DNA of 64,000 nt from Caulobacteraceae bacterium (lineage in GTDB: Bacteria > Pseudomonadota > Alphaproteobacteria > Caulobacterales > Caulobacteraceae). Positions 61,062-64,000 of the stretch are shown piece after piece. The DNA is taken from positions 2,021 through 66,020 of the forward strand of contig DAIDGR010000080.1 of NCBI GenBank assembly GCA_027452265.1. The letters are read 5' to 3'. The notes beneath the pieces were generated by a model. It worked only from the letters and a program-made list of their open reading frames with translations, was not told the origin of the DNA and made no database searches. How positions within the stretch are numbered: position 1 is the first letter of the stretch; each line of letters opens with the position of its first letter. Made by a program: the position numbers and the translations under genes.

Positions 61062-62840
61062 ATGCGGATCGCCGAGACACTGGAGCGCTGGGGACGGGGA
61101 TGGCGTGCGCCCCTGCTGGCGGCGGTGTTGGCTCTTCTCGCCGGCCTGCCGGGCGTCCTGTTCGTTCCGCCGATCGATCGCGACGAATCGCGCTTCGCCG
61201 AGGCCTCCGCCCAGATGATCGAGACCGGCGATTTCGTCACCATCCGGTTTCAAGACCAGCCCCGGTTCAAAAAGCCGGTGGGCGTCTACTGGCTCCAGGC
61301 GGCCGCCGTGGAGGCGGTCTCGCACGTCGAGGATCGGCGCATCTGGGCCTATCGCCTGCCGTCCCTGGCCGGCGCCATGCTCGCCGCCGCCGCCTGCGCC
61401 TGGGGGGCGGGCGCGTTTCTGAGGCCGGGTCTTGCCCTCCTGGCGGGCGGCCTGATGGGCGGTGGGTTTCTGCTGTCCACAGAGGCGGGCATCGCCGCCA
61501 CCGACGCGGCGCTCTGCGGCGCGGTCACCCTGATGATGGCCGCCCTGGCGCGACTCTATCTCGCGGCGCGCGGCGGGCCGCGGGCGCCAATCCTGACCCG
61601 CGCCTTCCTGTGGGGCGGCCTGGCTCTTGGCCTGCTTCTCAAAGGCCCGATCGCGCCCATGGTCCTTTGCCTCACCCTCGCGACCCTGATCGCGGTCGAG
61701 CGGCGTGGCCGCTGGGTGGCCGGACTGGGCTGGGGCTGGGGCCTGATCGCCACGGCGGCCCTGGTCCTGCCCTGGGCCCTGGCGGTCACCGTGGCCACGG
61801 ACGGAGCCTTCTGGAGCCAGGCGGTGGGCGGCGACCTCGCCCCCAAGCTGGCCGGCGGACAGGAAGGACACGCCGCGCCCTTTGGCCTGCATCTGGCCCT
61901 CGCGCCTCTGCTGTTGTTCCCCGCCACCTTCCTGGCGCCGGGCGCGGTCGCCGCCGCCTGGCGCTATCGCCATGAGCCCGCCGTGCGCTTCGCCCTGGCC
62001 TGGCTCGCGCCCTCCTGGCTGGTGTTCGAGGCGACCCCGACCAAGCTCGTGCACTACACCCTGCCCCTGTTCGCGCCGGTGATCTGGCTGGCGATGCGGG
62101 GTCTGGCGGGGCCGCAGGGGCGGCTCGCCCAGGGACTTTCCCAACGGCTCGGCGCCGTCCTCGGGTTCGTCGTCGCCCTGGCTTTCGCCGCCGCCGGCCC
62201 CCTGGTCATGGCCCGGCTGGGCGTTCCCACGGCCTTGCCCTGGGCGGGCCTGACCGCGCTCTTGTTCCTTGCGGCCGGGGTGGTCGGCGCGCGCGGCCTG
62301 TGGGCCGGCCGGGGCGAGCCGGCGGTTCTAGGCGCCCTGATCCTGGCGATCGCCGCGCATGGCGCGATGGCCGGCGGCCTCGTCCCGGCGCTGCATCCGC
62401 TCTGGCTATCCGACGAGATCGCCCGGCGTCTCAGCGCCGACGGCGCCAATCCGCGCGACGGGGTGGTCCAGGGCCCGGTCACCGTGGCCGGATACGCCGA
62501 GCCGAGTCTCGTCTTTCTGCTCGGCGCCGACACCGAACTGGGGGACGCCTCCGCCGCCGCCCAGGCCCTGGCCGAGGGCCGTCCGGCGATCGTCGAGGCA
62601 CGCCAGGACGCCGCCTTTCAGGCCGACCTGAGACGGGAAGGGATCATCGCGCGCGCCGGCGGCCAGGCCCGGGGTCTGGACTATTCCAAGGGTCGCCCCG
62701 ACATCCTGACCATCTACCTTCCCCAAGGCCCGGCCCAGGCGTCGCCCCCGGACGCCCAAGGGAGCGCCCCATCGCTAGCCACGTCGCCAGCCCCATCGCC
62801 GGCCCCGTCGCCGGCCCCATCCAAGAGGTTGCAGCCATGA
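61062..62840 (+). CDS. ArnT/PMT-family (GT-C) polyprenol-phosphate-sugar transferase
   Basis: PPIDRDESRFAEAS.QMIETGD, RFKKP.G.YWLQ, WAYRLPS, LKGP, TKL.HY.LP; many TM helices; SPAP-repeat tail. Confidence 0.9.
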   Translation: MRIAETLERWGRGWRAPLLAAVLALLAGLPGVLFVPPIDRDESRFAEASAQMIETGDFVTIRFQDQPRFKKPVGVYWLQAAAVEAVSHVEDRRIWAYRLPSLAGAMLAAAACAWGAGAFLRPGLALLAGGLMGGGFLLSTEAGIAATDAALCGAVTLMMAALARLYLAARGGPRAPILTRAFLWGGLALGLLLKGPIAPMVLCLTLATLIAVERRGRWVAGLGWGWGLIATAALVLPWALAVTVATDGAFWSQAVGGDLAPKLAGGQEGHAAPFGLHLALAPLLLFPATFLAPGAVAAAWRYRHEPAVRFALAWLAPSWLVFEATPTKLVHYTLPLFAPVIWLAMRGLAGPQGRLAQGLSQRLGAVLGFVVALAFAAAGPLVMARLGVPTALPWAGLTALLFLAAGVVGARGLWAGRGEPAVLGALILAIAAHGAMAGGLVPALHPLWLSDEIARRLSADGANPRDGVVQGPVTVAGYAEPSLVFLLGADTELGDASAAAQALAEGRPAIVEARQDAAFQADLRREGIIARAGGQARGLDYSKGRPDILTIYLPQGPAQASPPDAQGSAPSLATSPAPSPAPSPAPSKRLQP

Positions 62841-63742
62841 GTGAGGCCATCGAGATCGTCGAGGTCGGCGCGCGGGACGGGCTGCAGAACGAGGCGGCCA
62901 TCCTCGAGGTCGGCGACAAGCTCGACTTCATCGCCCGCCTGGAGGCCTGCGGCGTGCGCCGGCTGGAGGCCGCCTCCTTCGTCAATCCGCGTCGCGTGCC
63001 GCAAATGGCCGGGGCCGAGGAAATCCTCGCCGGCCTGCCCGCCGCGGCGGGGCGGCGCCGGATCGGCCTGGTGCTGAATGAACGCGGCTGGGAGCGCGCC
63101 CGGGCCACGGCCTGCGACGAGGTCAATGTGGTGGTGTGCGCCAGCGACGGCTTCGGCATCCGCAATCAGGGCGCCTCGCGCGCCGAGCAGATGGAGGCCC
63201 TGGCCGCCATCGCCCGGGACCAGAAGGCGCGGGGCGGGCCGCCCATCACCCTGACCGTTTCGGTGGCTTTCGGTTGCCCGTTCGAGGGCGAGGTGGCCGA
63301 GGAGGTCGTGCTCGATATCGTGCGCCTCGCCGATGCGCTGGATCTGCCCGAGACGGCGCTGGCCGACACCATCGGCGCGGCCGACCCGTGGAAGGTGCGG
63401 CGCCTGTTCGAGAAGGCGCGGAAGGCGGCGCCGCGCACCACCCTGCGCGCGCATTTTCACGACACCCGCGGCGCCGCCCTGGCCAACGCCTATGCCGCCG
63501 TGGAGGCGGGGGTGCGCGTGCTGGACGCCAGCTGCGGCGGACTGGGCGGCTGCCCCTTTGCGCCGGGGGCGACCGGCAATGTCGCCACCGAGGACCTGGT
63601 CTGGATGCTGCACCGGGCCGGCTTCGAGACCGGTCTGGACGTGGACGCGCTCATCGCTGCCGCGCGATGGATCGGCGAGAGGATCGGCAAGCCGCCGGTC
63701 TCGGCCCTGTCGCGCGCCGGGGCGTTTCCCAAGGCGGGCTGA
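62837..63742 (+). CDS. Hydroxymethylglutaryl-CoA lyase; start ATG at 62837
   Basis: EVGARDGLQNE, SFVNPRRVPQMA, LADTIG, HFHDTRG, GGLGGCPFAPGATGNVATEDL. Confidence 0.93.
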   Translation: MSEAIEIVEVGARDGLQNEAAILEVGDKLDFIARLEACGVRRLEAASFVNPRRVPQMAGAEEILAGLPAAAGRRRIGLVLNERGWERARATACDEVNVVVCASDGFGIRNQGASRAEQMEALAAIARDQKARGGPPITLTVSVAFGCPFEGEVAEEVVLDIVRLADALDLPETALADTIGAADPWKVRRLFEKARKAAPRTTLRAHFHDTRGAALANAYAAVEAGVRVLDASCGGLGGCPFAPGATGNVATEDLVWMLHRAGFETGLDVDALIAAARWIGERIGKPPVSALSRAGAFPKAG

Positions 63743-63762
63743 GGGCGAAGGGCGCGGGCGAC

Positions 63763-64000
63763 CTATTCCAGGATCACCTGACCCCGCACCCGGTCGGTGG
63801 TGTCGCCGCCGATCCAGATCCCGTCCGCATCCGCGTCCACATGGATCCGGCCGACCCGGCCAAGAACCGTTCCCTGGCTCGCCACATAGTGGCGCGGCGC
63901 GAGACCCTCGCCGATCAGCCACCGCGCGACGCTGGCGTTGAAGCTGCCGGTCACAGGGTCTTCCCCGCCCGTGAGGGTCTGGTCGAAGACGCGGACTTCG
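63763..64000 (-). CDS. PhzF-family epimerase/isomerase; C-terminal part only, 5' end outside the window
   Basis: EVRVF...EDPVTGSFNA...SQG..LGR.G.I......IWIGG. Confidence 0.85.
   Translation of the reverse strand, partial: EVRVFDQTLTGGEDPVTGSFNASVARWLIGEGLAPRHYVASQGTVLGRVGRIHVDADADGIWIGGDTTDRVRGQVILE

Overview
High-GC alphaproteobacterial chromosomal segment. Gene content and style suggest Caulobacteraceae (inference). It holds about 59 CDSs, mostly housekeeping: hisS-hisZ-hisG, dsbD, acs, recR-rmuC-def-fmt-truA, dapE, regB/regA with an SCO gene, phaZ, a class A PBP, recQ, a tripartite RND efflux operon, thrB-rnhA, argS, gcvT-H-PA-PB, ffs-dnaX-ybaB, nudC, pheA, kdsB, a cytochrome c, a GT2/ArnT pair and HMG-CoA lyase. 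Two non-coding RNAs are clear: a tandem glycine riboswitch and the SRP RNA. No tRNA, rRNA, CRISPR array, transposase or integrase was seen. The best candidate for an uncharacterised system is 27.3-32.1 kb: an orphan wHTH/TolB_N-like/TPR regulator and a 706-aa carotenoid-desaturase-like flavoprotein, separated by a 118-bp CIR-like double-hairpin element with two GANTC sites that supplies the regulator's stop codon. Other points of interest are the split of dnaX-ybaB from recR (geometry fits a ~42 kb inversion), the absence of ispH from its usual slot before thrB, and a GT2/ArnT/small-membrane-protein module that may decorate lipid A. All calls come from reading motifs by eye; no database searches were run, and several start codons are my own reassignments.
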